This document shows, piece by piece, positions 46,411-59,176 of a DNA stretch of 64,000 nucleotides (position 1 is the first letter of the stretch; each line of letters starts with the position of its first letter). The stretch is from Spirogloea muscicola. Taxonomy: Eukaryota. The notes beneath the pieces are model-generated. The model worked only from the letters and a program-made list of their open reading frames with translations, was not told where the DNA came from and did no database searches. The stretch lies in NCBI GenBank assembly GCA_009602725.1, contig WELB01000028.1, positions 836,035-900,034 on the forward strand, in the 5' to 3' direction. A program made the position numbers and the translations under genes.

Positions 46411-49400
46411 TCAACTGTGACTGCTACATGCGTCCAGAGGCGATGTGGGAGGCGGCGGCAGCGGTAGTGGCGCATCCCAACAACGAGCGGGTGCAGGGTC
46501 GGCCGCGGGCGCTGGTGAAACCACCAGTTCCGGTGGTTCACTGCCAAGCAATGGCCAGGCTGCTGCAGCAGGCGACCCCCTGCAGAGGCTTCCTTCACCT
46601 TCTAAGAAGAGCCGTGGCAAGTTAACCCTCAACCCTAAGAGGGTGAAGAAGGACAATAAGGAGAACGGAAGGACGGGGGATGGGGAGGGGAGGGAGGAGG
46701 GATGGATGAGGGCGGCAGTGATGAGGGAGGGCACAGGGTGGCAGGAAAGAGGGAGGGCGCGTCGAGAGAAACTGTGCAGGCTGTGCCACGCGACCGCCGC
46801 GAAGCAGCCGGCAACCACGGCAAGGGCCATCCAGGCAAACGTTGCGTAGAGGAATGCATGGCGCCGCCACCATGGCCACCTGCTTCTGACGGTCTCGCCG
46901 CCCGTGCAAGCTGCATCAAGACCACCGCCTCCGGAGAAGAGTGTGCGGTCAGAGCAGTCAAGGCGCGCGCCGCAGCCTGCATTGTAGCTCGCACACGCCG
47001 AGTGGCACACGCGCAGGCGGTTGTCACCGTCCTGATCGCACTGCTGGATGGAGATCTGCAAAGGCCAACAACATTGCCACAGATGGGAAGCCAAATCAAG
47101 TAGCGGGCGGTGTTGGAACACTCCTAAAAAACACTGTCAATTGTGAAGATACATATTTGAAGAGAAAAAGCTTGAATCTTATTGAGTACAAGATCTCCAG
47201 ATCGAGGTCGAGGTAATGGGTGTGGTACCCAGCACGCGAGGCGCTTGGCGGCTGAGGCGCAGTGGCCGTTGTCCAAGAGCCCGAGGAGCGAGCGCCCGCT
47301 TGGGAGGAGGCGGTTGTAGTTGGGCAGCACCACTGCAGCCTCAAGCTGCTGCAGGATGGACGACTCCGATGGTGCACAGTGCTGTGTCGTGAACCCCGGC
47401 AGCACCGAGCCAGTAGCGAGCACGTCGCTGCAGAGTGCGAGGCTGGCAACCAGCACACTCGTGTTCTGGCACGTGTAGCCAGCGTAGTCGGAGCACCGAA
47501 ACTCGCACACGCCATTGTCGCACACGCCGCCATGCAGGCTGCACTGCTCGTCGCACCCAGCTGGGAAAAACGTGGTGTTGGAGCAAGCAGACTGAAGAGT
47601 CTAAAGCCTAGTCCAGAATTTGCATGACAAATTCATAACAGCAACATTTTTGTCAAGATGCTGTACCAAACCTACTGGGAAGCAATTGGCTCTCAAATGA
47701 GCAAAGTGCACCATGAGGGCAGTGGCAACTGCATATCGAACTGGCGGAGGCCATGTCAAGTGTTGAAGTGCACTCACCAGTGGAGCAATCAATGCCTGTG
47801 TATCCAGGGTAGCACTCGCACAGACCCCCAGCACTGCACCGCCCTCGGTCGCTGCAGTTTCCAGGGCAGACCCCTGTGCAGCTCGCCCAATGCAAGAGCC
47901 ACGGCGTCACTACACTGCTGCTTCCTGGACTGGTGACAGCTCATCCTAGTCACGCATCGGAGCAGACTCATGGTCGACCCCACAGTCTTCAGACCTTAAC
48001 GCTTGCAACCCTAAGCTCCATCAGGAGCACCTACATCCCTGGCTTACGTTCGCTGCAATTGTCGCCAGCGAAACCGATGAAGCAGCGACAGGCGCCATCA
48101 ATGCAGTGGCCGTTGCGGCTGCAGCCGCCAGCACACTGGCCAGGTAGCACTGGGCTCCCGTCCGCGCAGAGCTCGTAGTATGGAGGGCAAACGAGCTCGC
48201 CTGCCACATATAGGAAGGCTAGGATTTGCTTCGCTGTTCTAATTCATGACCCTGGACTTCAAGGGCACTGCACACTGGCGCACCAACGGCAGAGGAAGCT
48301 GCTCCTGAAGAAGTGGCGCGCAGGTGTTGGGCCACCAAGGCAGACTTCGTGCGACTCACATAGTAGGTTGGCCGCCCAAGTCACGGGGAGCAAACACTCA
48401 CCATGAAAGCCAGAGAATGTGACAGGGCCACCGCCTGCTGGGCACTTCCTCCACCGACCATCCACTGCCACCTGCTTGAGGCTCTCGGCAGGAGAAGAGG
48501 CGCCTGCTTACTATTGATGCTGACTGCATGAGTCCTCTCACTCCTCTTTGCCGATATTGAGGCGGCTGAGGCTGCTCCGCAGCACTTGGCTTGGACATCA
48601 GCAAGCGGCAGCATGTGCAAAGGAAGGCGGCCATGCTGGTCATAGACAGGGGCATGGGAGCGGTGGGTAGCACCTCAAGTGTGTGGTTACGGCAGCGATG
48701 CTGGTAGCAGCCATTGCCCTGGCCTAGCATTCCTCGTACAAATCCTGTGCGCACCAGCGATGATGACATACACCTGGCCAGCCAATGCAGTGGAGCTCGA
48801 ATAGTCTTATTTGTTGTTATGTACGAAATCAGAGGGACTACCAATGCATCAGGAAGGCATCTCAGATCAACCTCCGCAGAGGCACCAGACAGCAATAACA
48901 GCATACTGAAATGGTTGCAGTAAGGGCTTGAATTTGGTCATTGGGAAGTGGTTGGCATAGTGCGCAGGGCCAGGCCATGAAAGGAGCGGCTGCAAGAGAC
49001 CTGGAGTCCGGGCCGCGCATCTCGCCAAGCATCCGGTCAGGGGCACGTGCGCTAGAGGCGTCGATGCACGACCCGTCCGAGTACGCGACGAAAAATGCGC
49101 AGTAGTCTGCGAGCGATGACTGTCCCCCTGCATGCCAACATGGAGGAAGAGTGGAGGGGAGGGCGTGGGTGTAGGGATGACTTCAGACAGGTACTTATAA
49201 TGAAACCTTATTGGAAGTTGCCAGATATGATGCCCCGTGATCTGTCACCCCTGATTTCTCATTTGTACTGCCACAGATCTTCAGTACATCAAGCCCTTTC
49301 ATTTGCTAGGGAGACCCCAGCTCTGCATTAGCCGACCTGCAATTGCATGCCCTATTTCCTAACCATGACTTAAAAGCAGTCGCCTGTGCCAAGAGCTTGC

Positions 49401-52400
49401 TGCCGGCGCTGCGGCACACAGCGGCAGTGACCGTGGTGGTATTGATGGCAGCTGCAGCGCATGTGGCCTGCTCCCTCACCCCTGTTGGGCTCGCCGAAGT
49501 AGCGTGCCCAGTCAGGGAGATCACCGCTGTACTGCACGATGGGGCAGTAGCCCTCCGCCTCCCTGTGCGCCGCCGAAGCGCATGCAAGCTCACCAAAGGC
49601 GGCAGCAGCATCGGCAAGCGCAGAAGGTCAGGCGTAAGCAGGCTGCGCACAGAGGAGCGGGCGGGCCAGCCGAGCTGACCGGTTGTAGGTGCAGCCGGAG
49701 GCGTGTGTGGAGTTGCAGCGGTAGGCGCCAGTCCAGGCGTCGCAGCGCCGCTGCGCAAAGTCAGGGCCTTGGCCGCGGCCCCAGCCCAGCACTTCTGCGC
49801 GCGTGTAGTCGGCTACGTACCAGCCCGAGTCCTCGAGCAGCGCCAGCGTCATGGCTGACACGACTGAACGCGTGTCCACGCTGCCTGTCATGATCTCGTT
49901 CATCAGCAGCCTCTTTTCCCAGTGCGAGCCTGCGCGCATGAGTGGGCAGGGGAAGGCTCAGAAACAGGTGAAGGATATGTTCGCAGAGAGGGCAATGGAA
50001 GCGGGAGATACTGCAAGGCATACCCACGAGGTCGGAAGGAGGGGGGTGACTTATCAGCTTTGACAGGGAAGTGGGGGGTAGAGGGAGGGGACAGGAAGAG
50101 AGGAGAAAGGGAAGGGAGGGGAACCAAGGAGGGAGGGGACGGGGCAAGGAGAGCGACACAGACTGGAGGAGGAGGGAGGAGTCCATTGATTGCTTGCCCC
50201 CCACTGGCAGACTGACTGGGAGGTTGCGGCGGCTGCGATAGCGCCAACGCGTGTACGAATGAAAGGAGCTGGCGAGGGATGCCATGCGGTGCTGCCCACC
50301 GAGCCTGCCTCACCAGCAGTGCCGCGGCCCCCACCGTCCTCGAGCTCGAGGCCGGCAAATGACGAGGAGAAGGCGCCATAGTGCTGCCGGGCTGTGGCGA
50401 CGACACGCGGGAGGACGACGCGCGTCACCGGCCGGCCCAGCTCCTCATCAAAGCTCTGCACCACGACCTGCACAGGCGGGAGCACGACTCCGCCATCGCC
50501 AGCGGCCAATGTGTGAGGCTTTACTAGGAGAGGAGGGCAGGAGCTGAAGCAGTCACTGAGTTCGTGATAGAATGGAGAGACCAAAGCATGCGCGCACCTC
50601 GTTACGGCGGCGCTTGCGCTCGTCACGGAAGTGTGCAAACGCATGGGGGTCGAAGCCAAGCACGTGCATGACCTGCTAGTCGCAGGCAGCAAGGAGCCGG
50701 TGCGAAAAAATTAGTGGCTGCCCCCATTGGGGGTGGCGGCTGCAGCAGCAAGAGGAGACGGCGTGCTGTAGCAGCTGCCCTCACCTCATGGATGAGCGTC
50801 GCAGAGAGCAGTGTCTCGGCCTCGGCGGTGAGGTGCCGCGGCGCAACGTTCACGTGGCCTGCGCAGGTAGGGTGCCATGGCATAGGTCCAGAGCTTGAGA
50901 AGATGGATTGGGACAAGAAGCTGGAGCTGGCCGCGGCAGGGCGGAAGACCAGCTGTCAGCAGGGCGCGCACCGGCAATGGCACGGCCCCACTGGTCGCGC
51001 TCGCAGGCGACGGCCCACGCCAGCGTGTTGCCGGTTGTCGGCCTCGTCGTCACCAGCAGCACCAGGTCAGCGTCGCGCACGCCCTCTGCGCAGCCGGCTC
51101 CGTGGAGCGACAGCGCCAGTGGTCAGCTGCGAAGGCCAAGGGGAGTCAGTGGCATCTGCGGTGACGCCCCGGCAGGGGTCGTCGGCAGCCGGCGCTCCTT
51201 ACCATCGATGTAGCGGCGAGGGAGCTGGACGCCGCCGTCCTGGCCGCAGGCTGAGTACCCAGAGAGCCGCAGTGGGCCGCGCACCGGCTCCACCATGAGC
51301 GCACTCCGGAACCACGCCGCCGTCTCCGCCAGCGCCTGCAGCAGCGGCAGCCACCACTCGTTGGCGCCTCACAGGCCGCCAGAGCACGTGTTGCTTTGGC
51401 AGCTCCATGGCTGCCTGCCACACTGACGCCATGGGTAGCCGACCAATGGGCCGCTGCTCAAACGAACCGCCAGGCGGACGGTCATTGCCGTCGCCACGCC
51501 AGCACCGCTGCCTACCTCGTGCAGGCGGTGTTGCTTGCCGGCATCAGCAACGTCCTCGGCGGTGCAATTGTACCAGCAATCGCCGAGCACCGGCGGCTCT
51601 GAAGTCGCGCTGCATGCAGGCAGCCCTATCGCTGCCAGAGAGGAGCTCGACAGTGGCTGTGGTGGCTCCCCTAGCTGCATTGCCACAGTAGAAAGGGATG
51701 GAGAGGGGGGTGAGGAGGGAGGGAGGGTGAGCCAAGTAGGTGCAGCAGGCCCGGTGGAGGGAGGAGGAAGGAGGAGATTGTCGCCACAGTCAGGCGCGCA
51801 CCTTGACAACGTTGTTGACTGCACGGCAGTCGCGGTCGGGCGAGAGGCCGATGGCATCATAGTTGAGGAAGATGCGGATGGGCTTGTGCCGGGCCTCCGC
51901 AGCCGCCGCCGGATCGGGCGGCGGCTCCGCAAGCAGCTCCCTGCCGGCGACCCTGACCTCGGCCGCACCGCTTGCCCACTCCCGCACCGCCTCCTCGTAC
52001 ACCTGCGGCTCGCAGCCACAGGTCTGTGAGGATCTCACGTTGTCCAATATCCTCCTTCCTCCCTCCACTTCCTAGGCGCCTTGTCGCTATTCCAGTGGAA
52101 ATTCAGTCCTTGCCCTACCCAGTGAACGCAGAATTGATGGAGAGAGGGAGGGCCAAAGAGGGAGGGTGCAGGACAACGAGAGCGAGGGAAGAGGAGGGAG
52201 GAGGTACGAGCGAGTGGAGGGCCAGGGCACGAGCGAAGGGTGAGAGGAAGGGAGGAGAACGGGGATGAGAGAGAGAGAGAATCAGAGCAAGGGGATGCAG
52301 ATGGCAAACTGAGGGAGAGCACCTGTGGGGAGACGCTGTACTCGGGACGGCCCAAGCGGCGGCGCTGCGCCAGGATCTCGTCATGGATGCACGAGTGGCC

Positions 52401-52589
52401 TGGCGGCACGGGCGTCTCCGTGCCGCCACTGCCGGCAGCACCTGTCGCTGCTGCCGACGCAGCAGCGCGGGGGCGCTGGTGTGGATGGGGCTGTGGCTGA
52501 GGTGGCAAAGGGGCCAAGGTGGCAGCAGTGGCGACCCAATGGTGGCCTGCGGGCAGGCACACCAGAGAAATCGCCAGCAGGCACTGCAC
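46411..52589 (-). CDS. Leishmanolysin/invadolysin-like M8 metallopeptidase with EGF-like repeats and C-terminal TM helix
   Basis: HSCIHDEIL, PIRIFLNYDA, LAWAVACERDQWGRAIAG, LIHE-VMHVLGF (HExxH), LELEDGGGRGTAG-SHWEKRLLMNEIMTGS, LALLEDSGWY, CECYPGYTGIDCS. Exact ends are uncertain. Confidence 0.93.
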
Positions 52590-53007
52590 AGGGTTGAATT
52601 GGAGGGAGGGGGGAGGAGGGAAGGAGCTCAGGCGGGGGACCCAGCAGAGGAGCTCGTAGATTTAACACCTCCCAAGGCTACTGCTGCTGCTGGGCGTATG
52701 GCTCACTATCCTTGGCAGAGCAATGGGCTTTGGACCTAATGAGTGGCCGGAAGCCAGCTCCACCCTTTGCTGCTGCATGGGGGGTTCATTGAGAACTCTA
52801 CAGCAGGAGTGATGGACCCAGAGTTGGCTACTGGAGGTGGGGAGCAGGCACTCACAGACAACGTCAAAAGTGCCTAGAGAAAGGTATAGCGGGGGATTTG
52901 CATTTTTCCAGGCAGCAAGGAAGGGGGGGGGGGGGGACTGACTTGTCAACATTCAAAGGCAGCCATCATACTGAGCAGCTTGTAGTATCGGGACATGAGC
53001 AGTTACC

Positions 53008-55338
53008 ATGGTGTGGTTCAGATCGTGCACCATCAGGAAGTTCTGCTGTGCATAATTGCCAATGATGGTCATGCTCGACTCCACAAAGACTGCACAGACT
53101 ACTGTATCAGTTACCAGACCAAGATAATTCACAGGGGGAATTGTGAGGTCGGAAGGCCCTGACATGCGTATGGTCATAGGAGGAAAGATGCCCAGTTGGT
53201 CAATGTCCTCCTGACTGGCCACTCTTCCATCGACGTTCCAGCAAAGCTCAAAACCCAATCCAGCAGTATCTGTCACTCTGATGCAACACAAGCAATCTTA
53301 GGCAAATGATGACGGCTGCACTGCTCAATGCAGTTGTGCTACCTGCAGCGGTTGTACAATGTACGTAGCATATGGTAGCATCAGGTGTCCTTCATGAGAT
53401 CACGAGTTGGCAAAAGTGCAATCTTAAGAGCACATAATTGGTAGCACATTACGAGACTGCAGTACTCTATGCTTACCTGGGTAGAGGTATGCTGGCGATC
53501 AGATAGTCAATAATGGGTTGGTATACAGCACTCAGCAGCCTGAGGACACAGTATGAGTCAGAAGAGCCCGCCAAAGCAAATCACGCGCTACATGCTCATG
53601 AATTGTATCATTTTTCTTTTTTGTGATTGCTTTAAGCATGGCAGCAAAATGGCAAGCAGCTGCATCACTCACATTATCAAGGTTGTCCCAGAGTCAAAGA
53701 TTGTTCCCCCTCCACCAGCTGTGTCGAAGGTAAAAGCAGCCGTAGGGATGCTGACTGAGGTTGTTCCAAATAGAATCTCATTGACCTGCACGTAGAAAAA
53801 GGTAGAGTACCCAAAGTATGCATCGAGGACGGGATTGTCGAGGATGGGAGTGTACGTGACGCCCGTACTCGGCACTCCAGCCGACCCAAACTCCAACTCG
53901 CTCGGAGGCAGGTAATCCGCATACCAGCTTTGCAGGCACAGGGTGAATACATGGTCGTAAGGTTCCAGCTGCAGGTCGGAGTAGTAAATTGTATGCATCA
54001 GAGAAGCATTGGTGCAGCAGTACACATTGAGATTTTGAAACGCTGTTCAAGAACATCCCCGCCCGCTGCATCATCAAGCATCGCAGTATTCACAACAGTG
54101 CAAAAGTGGGCAACATTGCTGTGGCTCAAATGAAAGACCCAGGCATCACCTGTTGCAATCAACATGCAAGCTTACTGGCTTGAATAATTGACATCAAAGG
54201 GCCTATCCCAGTAAGAATGTATGCTGCAGCTGGCCATGATTCATAGAGTCGCAGAGACTTGCCTGTTGAGCAAAGGATATTGGCCCCCGTCCAAGGCCAA
54301 TGAGGCCCCCTGCAAAGTAGAAGGTACCAGCATTGGAGTGACCGCAACCAAAGGTAGTCCCCAAGAGACGTACACTACTGCCAGTGGTGGTTGTTAGCCA
54401 AACCGTCTCAGTTGCCAATTGACCTGACGTGTATGACATGTCTCCATACCTGCATGCACTCAAGATGCATGACTCAGCACGTGTGCTTATAACCTCCTGC
54501 CACACATTGATGTATCTCAGAATGGGACACATCAACAGTGCAATAGTTAGAAGGTCAAATGAGTTAGAATATTGACTACGCTGCTCCAATGCAAATAATG
54601 CAATCTTTACAATTGACAAGATACACTTGACAAGATACACTGCCTCCAAGTTCACAGAAGGTGTACCTGTAGGTGTATTCGCATTCAGCTGTGCCTCCGC
54701 CTAAGTTACAATTGTCGTACTGGTACTGATATTCAACATATAGGCAACTTAAATTTTTGCAACCAAGGACAGAGAAGGTTGTCGACAGAGTGGGATCAAA
54801 GATGGGTCCCGCTTGATCATAGCAATCTAAGCAGGGCAAGCACTGCAGCAGGAAGAGATTTTAGAGAAGGTAAGTCCTTGCACGCCACCAGCTGCAATGA
54901 GGTGCTTTAGGGAGGTTCTATCACATCAATTTTCAGGTCTGCAATTGCTTATTCATAACTCCTGTTTGCCTCCAGCGAGTCCATGCATGCGGGAGATGCG
55001 TTCTTTGACATAGCCTGCTGCCAAGGTCAACGCGCTGTTGCAACCTGAGTCCACAGTAGATCGCTTCCAGTGTCTACAATGAGAAGCTGTGGTTGGGCAG
55101 GGTCGCCCAAGCTGAAGTCTGCAAAGTATTCTCCGATTCCAACACCAAATCCTGAGTGCACTGTCGTATTGAAAGCTTCCTCTACAACTTGGAGTGCTGC
55201 CTCCTGGGATGATCTTGTGGACGTGGTGTTGTGCACCCCTGACACGAGCTTTGGTCGCGTCAAAGAAGGGACCCTGTTTCCTGGATGTTGTCTTCGCTCT
55301 TTGCCAGTGATCAGGTGATACAACCTCTCCGATCTTGC
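53008..55338 (-). CDS. Nepenthesin-like (A1B) aspartic protease; first and last exons not visible
   Basis: GEYFADFSLGDP..LIVDTGSDLLWTQ-CLPCLDCYDQAGPIFDP, YGDMSYTSG, FGCGHSN..GLIGLGRGPISF, TIFDSGTT, IIGNYAQQNFLMVHD. Both catalytic Asp motifs are present. Confidence 0.92.
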
Positions 55339-55564
55339 CTGCAGAAGGTGCAGTGACTTATAAGCAAAGGAGTCAATTTTNGGCGGCGGCGGCGGCGGCC
55401 GCTGTGCGGTGCTGCCGGGGCAGAGGAGGCCGTCGAGCGGTCGCCGTCGAGCGCCGCCGTCTCGGGGGCTCAGGGAGCGGCCGCAGACCCCCCGTCCGCG
55501 ACGACGGCGCCGAGAAAGGACAGCCACGGCCGTTGACAGCGGCCCTGCCCGTCGGCGCGAGGCC

Positions 55565-58500
55565 ATGGAGGCTCGCCACGAGCGGCGCCTCAGCGCAATC
55601 GGCCGGCACTTTTCGGGCGCCTCGCCGCGGGAGGTCAGCGCCGCAAGCCTTCGCGCGCCTGCGGGTGTTGCCTTCAGAGGCCTACCTTGACGTCTGGGTT
55701 TGACGTTGATGGCAGCCCAACCCTAGCCTAGGCGTTTGACTCCAGGCGGGTTTGGGGATCTTAGTTGCAAAACCCTTTCATGAAGCTGCGGTTAGCCCTC
55801 ACTCAGGTTCGAGCTAGCGACAACGTGCTCTACCATTCGCAATCCAGAAGGAATTTCAAGTCCAGCCCTTCTTGCAGTGCTTGTTACAAGCTGTTAAAAT
55901 TGTACGCCGTTCTACCGGACTCAGAGCCCCTGGGCTGGCGGCCGCTGCAGGAGCTGCTGGGGCGCGCGGAGGCGGCGGGCGTGCGCTACCATCCGGCAGT
56001 GCGTGCAGCGCTGGCGGCCCACCGGCCGGTCGTGGCCTTGGAGTCCACCATCATCTGCCACGGTGCATGCAACGCGGCCCTGACTTCTAAACCCTAAGCC
56101 TGAACCCTAATACTGCTCTCCCCTTTCCCATAGAAGTTAGACCCCAGCTAAAGCCCTTCTCCCCACCAGCTAACCCCCTCCCCCCTACCCCAAATAAATC
56201 CTGTCAATTCTCTACCTGGGCGAGCAGCACTGGCAGCCGGCCTGCCTGAGCCTCAGCCTCACGCGCTTTGCTGTCTCCTCTGTCCCCCTCTGCTTGGGCA
56301 GCTGCAATGCGTCCCTCTTGACGACCTTGCAGTGGAGGCACTAGCTTGCACTGATGAGCGCTCATACATGGCAGCAACCTGTGCTGCCATTGGCATAGCC
56401 TTTCCTTAGATACTAAGCCTTGCTGTGCTGCTTTGCCTGGTTGCCCCCACCTCCTTCCTCTACCATCCCAGAGCGCAGACGTGTTGACCCCTTTTGGCCC
56501 ACTCGACATGGAATGTAGCCCTAAAGCTTAGTAATTCCAAGTAAGATGCCAATGCAGGCTCTTTGGGCTGCTCGCTGAGCCTTGCAGCACAGTGTGCAGG
56601 CATGCCTTACCCGCAAAACCTGGAGACAGCTGCGGCGGTGGAGGAGACTGTGCGCCAGAATGGAGCGACGCCCGCGACCATTGCTATCCTGGACGGAATA
56701 CCCCATATAGGTATCAAGCGGCTCACCTTGACAAGAAAAATATATTCTCAAGGAACAGAACGATGTGCTGCTCCCCCGCAGAGGCTTTTGACAGAAGTTT
56801 GTTGATTTCGTACAACCTGTATCTGCAGCCTTCTCTCTGGCAAGCCATGTGCTACTTGGTGCAAAGCTTGTCGATAATCTTTTCTGCTGATATGGCGTCC
56901 TCCTGGATGACCTCATGCCGAGGCCAGGGCTTGCACCACTTGACCTCCAGAGGCTGGCGGCCTTGGGCAAGGCCGCCAAGAAGGTCGCGAGACGAGACAT
57001 TGCGCCCACGGTGCATTCCTCATTATCCTTGACTGCCTTTTCTTGTTGCCCACTTGTGCCCCAATCTTGATGAAGTTCTACGTGCCATGTCCTTAGAAGC
57101 CAATCTCTTGTTCTGGACCAGTATGTCTTGACTTTGTGTTTGGGTTCTGCAGGTTGCCAAGCGAGAGAATGGGGCAACCACAGTGTCAGCTACCATGTTC
57201 TTTGCAGCCAAGGTACATCGGACCAGCATTTATCATTTTGCCTTTTGTGGTACTATCTCCTCATTCATGGCTGCTGAAGCATGGGCTTGCCCCAGATGCG
57301 TAGCGTAATGCCATGGCAGAATATCTGCCGCAGCTCTAGTTTCACCGACATCTTCGAACGTCCTTAGCGCAGTAGTCGACTAGGTATTTCACCTCAGGCA
57401 GCACCAGTTGGTCGCCTTAGTGCCTCTTAGGGGATCAGCTATGAGCAGGAGGACCTTGTGTATGTCAGGTCGGCATCCGCGTGTTCGTGACTGGTGGCAT
57501 TGGCGGTGTGCATCGTATGGGCGAATCAAGTGAGAAGTTCAGACTTCCCTGCCGGGTTGAATGGCGCATTGACATAGTTAAGATAAAATAAACTTAAGTA
57601 AGAAATATAAAAGCTGAGAGCAACCCTTTGTCCATTGTCTGCTCCTGAAAGGTCGAGGTCAGCCACAGTCACATTGATAATCTGTCGGCTCTGCTTGGGG
57701 CACCCACAAGGTCCCCAGGAATTCCCTACACAACCTTGGCATGCCCTTGTGTTGGCAGCTATGGACATCTCCTCTGACCTCACGGAATTGGGAAGGACAC
57801 CCGTCGCGGTCGTGTGCGCGGGCGCCAAGTCCGTTCTGGACATCCCCCGCACTCTTGAGTATCTTGTTAGAAATAATACCCCTCGATTGCGTCCTTAGAG
57901 TTGCATATGATTGTCCATGTCAGCTATCTATGAGCAACTATGTGCTTCGTGAATTCAGAGAATTCTTGAATTTTTCTGCATCGTATCTGCTTAGTGTACG
58001 ATCCCATCTTTCATCACAAAGAGTTGTGCATTCTGCAGTGCTTGCGTCTGCTCACTCACAGCTTTCTGCTGCCGGTCAGGAAACTCAAGGTGTCACGGTT
58101 GTTGCCTATGGCGCGGATGACTTCCCGGCCTTCTTCACTCGCAGCAGCGGCTGCCCAGTATGTATCTGCCTGTACTTCATCGTTGATGGCATTGCATGCT
58201 ATCTTGCTAAATGGCGGACTTATTTGTAAGCCATTTCTACTGAAAGTTCCAAAAGGTGGTCAATCACTCTGCCAGTGCTACTGGATACTTGTCTTTTATG
58301 CTACTTTGAGATGTCCACCGCAGGCCCCATGCCGGGTCGATACGCCTGAGGAGTGCGCACAGTTGATAGGTCATTTACACTTCAACCGAGTACCACTACT
58401 TGTACTCACATGTTGCTAAGGAAGGCCAGATTTAGTAGCTTGTCCATTGCCCATTCTTACAACTGACTGTGCTCATTGAGTCGAGCTGATTGTCTAGCTT

Positions 58501-59176
58501 GTCCAAAGAGCTGAAGCATCTGGACTTGCAAGGTGGAAGAAACACAAGTGTTGCTGCTTGCAAAGGTTTTTCTATCCTCTTGCAGAGGCCAACGCAAGGC
58601 TTGACCTGCAAAGTGGGATGGTCATTGGAGCACCAGTGCCAGAGCAGCATACGCAGGCTGCTGCGCAAGTTCAGGATGCAATCCGAAGTGCTCTCAAGGA
58701 AGCCGAGTGAGTGTGTACCCACTAGTGACTTCTGCTGCGTTACGCAGCCTGGACAAGCAGGTGTGCTGTGAGATGAGTTGCCTTGTGAAAAATTGGTCAC
58801 GCGAGCCTCCACTTCCGCCGGTGCTTAGCTTCTCTGTCATGACCATGACAGGACTAGCCCCGTTGAGTTGGTCTTAATGGGCTTCTGCTTTGTAGTAACG
58901 ACCAGATGTACTTGACTTGTACCGAATTTTGCATGGGGCGCGCAGGGGACATATTGCAGGTTCCGAGATGACGCCTTTCTTACTCCAGCGGATCAATGAG
59001 ATGACCGGAGGAGCTTCTCTTGCGATCAATATCCACTTTGTTGTTGTCACCACATTGCACTCGTCGGCGCTCTCCTTGTTGCCAACTTGCAGTTCCTTAA
59101 CTTTGTTACACACATTGCGCTCGTCATGAACAACGCTGCCATTGGTGCAAGGATTGCGGCTGCACTTTCAGTATAG
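55565..59176 (+). CDS. PUMY: Pseudouridine-5'-phosphate glycosidase (PsuG/IndA family; plant PUMY-like)
   Basis: [100 protein letters not shown]. The first exon [16 protein letters not shown] splices in frame. Confidence 0.95.
59029..59111 (+). other. U12-type AT-AC intron
   Basis: 5' ATATCCAC, branch TTCCTTAAC at 59093-59101, terminal AC. Removal restores SLAIN-IALV. Confidence 0.88.

Noticed and set aside
55563..55568. Overlapping opposite-strand ATGs in CCATGG (PUMY + / aspartic protease -)
   Set aside because: The minus-strand peptide lacks a signal peptide and is separated from the protease by the N join at 55381. It is more likely PUMY upstream sequence, with the protease first exon lost in the gap.
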